From NCBI GenBank assembly GCA_015523565.1, contig WAKA01000143.1:1-20003 (forward strand): a DNA stretch of 20,003 bases, in the 5' to 3' direction. The DNA is from Candidatus Heimdallarchaeota archaeon (lineage in GTDB: Archaea; Asgardarchaeota; Heimdallarchaeia; Heimdallarchaeales; Kariarchaeaceae). The position numbers were made by a program, and so were the translations under genes. The stretch's first letter is position 1, and each line of letters opens with the position of its first letter. Below the pieces are notes generated by a model, which was not told where the DNA came from, made no database searches, and saw nothing but the letters and a program-made list of their open reading frames with translations. Positions 17,144 to 20,003 of this stretch are shown piece after piece.

Positions 17144-18076
17144 ATGCTGGACGAGGGCATGCAATTACGTTTGGCAGTCATTGTGCCAAAGGGAACAGAT
17201 GACACGCTTGAGCAAAAGCGATTTCGCAAATTGATTGTTAAGCAAAAAGAAAGGCTGGAAGAGATAAACAACAGAGAACCAAAAGAGATGAGTCATAATC
17301 CTTTCGATATGCGCAATGCAATAAGGGATTTTTTGGAACAGAACGGAATTAGAAGATTTGGGGTTACAAGGCACATTCCAGACAAGATGTATAGAAATTC
17401 GCATTTGCCGACAAACTTGGACAGATTGATTGTATTTGTTGTCCCAATGAAATATGAGGAAATGGTCGATGTTCCCTCTCAAAGGTCTGCGACAGAGATT
17501 TTAAGGGCGTATTGGCAGACAGGGGAGATTGTGGTCAAGTTGTCGGAATTTTTGATGGAGAATGGATACAGAGTACAGGGGCATCATCCATTAGGGGATA
17601 TCAATGACTACCATCATATTCTTTTCCCACCACATGCGGTTGCGGCTGGATTGGGGGAAAAAGGGAGAACAGGTCTTTTTATTGACCACCATTATGGACC
17701 AATGGTAAGGATTGGAGCTGTATCAACAGATGCACCACTTGAATATGATGAAGAGGTTGACAAGGGGATCAATGCATTTTGCCATAGGTGCAGGTATTGT
17801 GCAAAGTTTTGTCCTCCGAAAGCAATCAGCAATGTAAAATTCACACAAATATTGGAAGAGGGAAACAGAATTGATTTCAAGATCAATGGGGAAAGATGCA
17901 TCAAATATTTTGAGAAACATTTTGCTTGCGGCAAATGCCTCTTTAAGTGCGTTCTTACACAACCAAATGTTGAGGAGGTACAGAAACGGATACGAAGAAT
18001 AGAGACATGGTATGACAGGTGGGTTAAAAACGGACCACCAGAAGAATGGAAAGAAGCATTTGCACAGGTTAGTTAG
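17144..18076 (+). CDS. Reductive dehalogenase / epoxyqueuosine reductase superfamily protein (cobalamin, 2x[4Fe-4S])
   Basis: AY....V.KLSEFL...GY, PHAVAAGLGEKGRTG, YGPMVRIGAVSTDAPL, FCHRCRYCAKFCPPKAIS and C..YF.....CGKCLFKC. No Tat signal. Confidence 0.85.
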   Translation: MLDEGMQLRLAVIVPKGTDDTLEQKRFRKLIVKQKERLEEINNREPKEMSHNPFDMRNAIRDFLEQNGIRRFGVTRHIPDKMYRNSHLPTNLDRLIVFVVPMKYEEMVDVPSQRSATEILRAYWQTGEIVVKLSEFLMENGYRVQGHHPLGDINDYHHILFPPHAVAAGLGEKGRTGLFIDHHYGPMVRIGAVSTDAPLEYDEEVDKGINAFCHRCRYCAKFCPPKAISNVKFTQILEEGNRIDFKINGERCIKYFEKHFACGKCLFKCVLTQPNVEEVQKRIRRIETWYDRWVKNGPPEEWKEAFAQVS

Positions 18077-19010
18077 GGGGATTGTATTTCATCATATGCT
18101 CCTCGATTTTTTTCTCCAGCACATCATTTTCAGGAGTTTCTGTGATTACATGAGAGGCATTGGGAGCAATCCAAACATCAAGGATTTCTGAGCCAATATT
18201 TTCCCGATAGTAATCAATAGTCGTGAGGTCAATATGCTCATCCCGATCGCCCAACATGAGTAACACTGGACATTTGACAAGGGGGAGTCGTTCTTGGGCA
18301 ACAGTTATGCAATCAAATAAGCCCGCTACTGCACGTAAGGGGTTTTTACGGTAGGCATAAATCCCCAATCTGTCAAGAAGCTGTGATTGACTTTTTTCCA
18401 AAGGCCAATATTTTATCAAAAAGGAAACAGGTCTTAGAAGGAAATGAACACGATACATTGGACGGGGTCGGACATATATGGGGCTTGAGAGAAGAACCAT
18501 TGACTTAATGGGATAAAGGGATGCCAGAATAATTGCAAGAAGGGTTCCCATAGAATGGGCAATGATACTGACTTCTTCGCATTGCTCCTGCAATTCAAAA
18601 TACTTTTCACGGGCAGACAGATACCAATCGACAGCATTTGTCGATGCAAAATGAGCAATGCTTGTGCCATGTCCCGCGAGCCTAACTCCAGAGACAATAT
18701 ATCCCCTTTCCAAAAACATTTCACCATATTTTCGAAAAATCTGAGGGGATGATGCAAAGCCATGAATGAAAAGAACCCCTTTTTTTGGTTGTCCTCCAGG
18801 GTGCCAGAAAAATTCTTCAGCTTCAGGATCAACAGTTGTATCATAGCTTCGGGGCCAGAATGAATGATAGATGGAAAGGAAGGGAGAAACAAGGATAATT
18901 AAAGCCTCAATCAAGATATGCCAAGATCGTTTTAAGCTCATTTTTAGTGTTTCAAGGATGGAAGGGGGATGTTCTGCCTTGATTTGGATGTATTTTATCC
19001 TGTGAGTCAT
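18069..19010 (-). CDS. Alpha/beta-hydrolase, carboxylesterase/monoacylglycerol lipase (Est30/YvaK-like) with N-terminal hydrophobic anchor
   Basis: VLFIHGF (oxyanion hole), LAGHG, AHSMG (Ser), GDRDEH (Asp) and ASHVI (His). Converges with an 8-nt overlap on the Fe-S gene. Confidence 0.9.
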   Translation of the reverse strand: MTHRIKYIQIKAEHPPSILETLKMSLKRSWHILIEALIILVSPFLSIYHSFWPRSYDTTVDPEAEEFFWHPGGQPKKGVLFIHGFASSPQIFRKYGEMFLERGYIVSGVRLAGHGTSIAHFASTNAVDWYLSAREKYFELQEQCEEVSIIAHSMGTLLAIILASLYPIKSMVLLSSPIYVRPRPMYRVHFLLRPVSFLIKYWPLEKSQSQLLDRLGIYAYRKNPLRAVAGLFDCITVAQERLPLVKCPVLLMLGDRDEHIDLTTIDYYRENIGSEILDVWIAPNASHVITETPENDVLEKKIEEHMMKYNPPN

Positions 19011-19534
19011 TTTTGATCCCTCACGTGTGAATCCTCAAGATGAACAATTTCACGTAAAAGTTCGACAGGTTTTTTCTGCTTCCTTCCAACAAATGATATG
19101 ATTGGCATTATGACAAACGCGATAATTATGATGACAATGGGATAATAACTCCAAGTAAGTCCCAAGAACTGTTTTTTCATGGAATAGGAGGAGGTAATGT
19201 TAAGATCAAGCAAAGCAAGAAACACAGCAACAAAAATGAAAAAGACAGGAACCAAAATCCAAGCATCTTCACTTCTGAATGAGAGCATGACCCCAAGCCC
19301 ATATACAAGCCAAAGTCCGCCGACAGCCCAGAAACTCCATTGAAATTCGTCAAATTTGCCGCCATCAGCCCCAAGCTCAATCAATATAAGAAGAATGGAG
19401 ATGAGAGTAAGATTTAGGGGGGCAACCCACCACTTAAATCTCGGCAAACCCCTTTTTACGACATGTACGGGTTTTTCATGGGAAATTTCAGTCCCACAGT
19501 TTGGGCACAAGATAATTTCCTCTATTTCAACCAT
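19007..19534 (-). CDS. Membrane protein (4 TM) with N-terminal CPNCG zinc knuckle
   Basis: CPNCG followed by four hydrophobic segments. The ATGA overlap with the esterase suggests translational coupling. AAAAA-TATAT promoter-like element 25-30 nt upstream. Confidence 0.8.
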   Translation of the reverse strand: MVEIEEIILCPNCGTEISHEKPVHVVKRGLPRFKWWVAPLNLTLISILLILIELGADGGKFDEFQWSFWAVGGLWLVYGLGVMLSFRSEDAWILVPVFFIFVAVFLALLDLNITSSYSMKKQFLGLTWSYYPIVIIIIAFVIMPIISFVGRKQKKPVELLREIVHLEDSHVRDQK

Positions 19535-19596
19535 AATTAAGAGGAAAAGGGTAAGTTGATATATTTTTCAGTGATTCATAAAGGAAAAACAAGAAT

Positions 19597-20003
19597 TCAG
19601 GGGCGTCTTTTGAATTTTCTTTTAATATTACGTTTAATGCGCCTAATTTTTCGTTTGTTTATTTTTGGCATCTTTAATCTTTTCATTGTTGAAAGATTAA
19701 CTCCTTTTGATTTTACTAATTGAAGGACAAGTGCACCACCAGTGACCATTGACAATCCAACCACCTCTGCACTAACAGGGAGACTATGAGTATCCTGTGC
19801 GTTCATTTGGATTGGTGTGGAAAGAGTACTGGAATTAATTGAAGATTGTGTGGGTAATGAGGAACTCAAAGGAGATGTGGTGGAAGAATAACTTGAAATT
19901 ATTATCATATTTTCCAGTAAAATTGTTTGATTTGTGTTTCCTGTGTACAGTGGACTATTAACAAATAAGACAAGTGTTGATTGATTCCAGTCAAGTGGGA
20001 CAA
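19597..20003 (-). CDS. C-terminal part of a surface protein (5' end outside the window): S/T linker, TM helix, very basic tail
   Basis: The frame is open from the window edge (..VPLDWNQSTLVLFVNSPLYTGNTNQTILLENMIIISS..) to TGA at 19597, so the ORF-track start at 19908 is internal. Confidence 0.8.
   Translation of the reverse strand, partial: VPLDWNQSTLVLFVNSPLYTGNTNQTILLENMIIISSYSSTTSPLSSSLPTQSSINSSTLSTPIQMNAQDTHSLPVSAEVVGLSMVTGGALVLQLVKSKGVNLSTMKRLKMPKINKRKIRRIKRNIKRKFKRRP

Noticed and set aside
17144-18076. Gene symbol queG or rdhA
   Set aside because: The superfamily is clear but the specific function is not supportable from motifs.

Overview
Archaeal chromosomal segment. The gene content suggests an Asgard archaeon (Heimdallarchaeia-like), which is an inference: archaeal-type CoaBC, a Thermococcales-like GH13 amylase, TATA boxes about 25-30 nt before SD-less starts, a giant Ig-repeat surface protein, a Uma2-coiled-coil nuclease and an RDase-like Fe-S protein. 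From left to right it holds: the trailer end of a 37-bp-repeat CRISPR array (no cas genes in the window); a membrane-anchored alpha-amylase; a Uma2-like nuclease; an orphan family-5 ABC solute-binding protein; coaBC; an MFS transporter; a hypothetical protein; a 2138-aa Ig-like surface protein; a DUF2085-like membrane protein; an all-helical protein; a cobalamin/2x[4Fe-4S] RDase/QueG-like protein; a carboxylesterase; a 4-TM protein; and the C-terminus of another surface protein. The best finding is not in the ORF track. It is a free-standing box C/D guide sRNA with its own promoter in the coaBC-MFS intergenic region (minus strand, about 7145-7212). Its D guide is complementary to a tRNA-Trp(CCA)-like anticodon arm, and the N+5 rule lands on wobble C34. 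Its D' guide may pair with the T-stem of the same tRNA.
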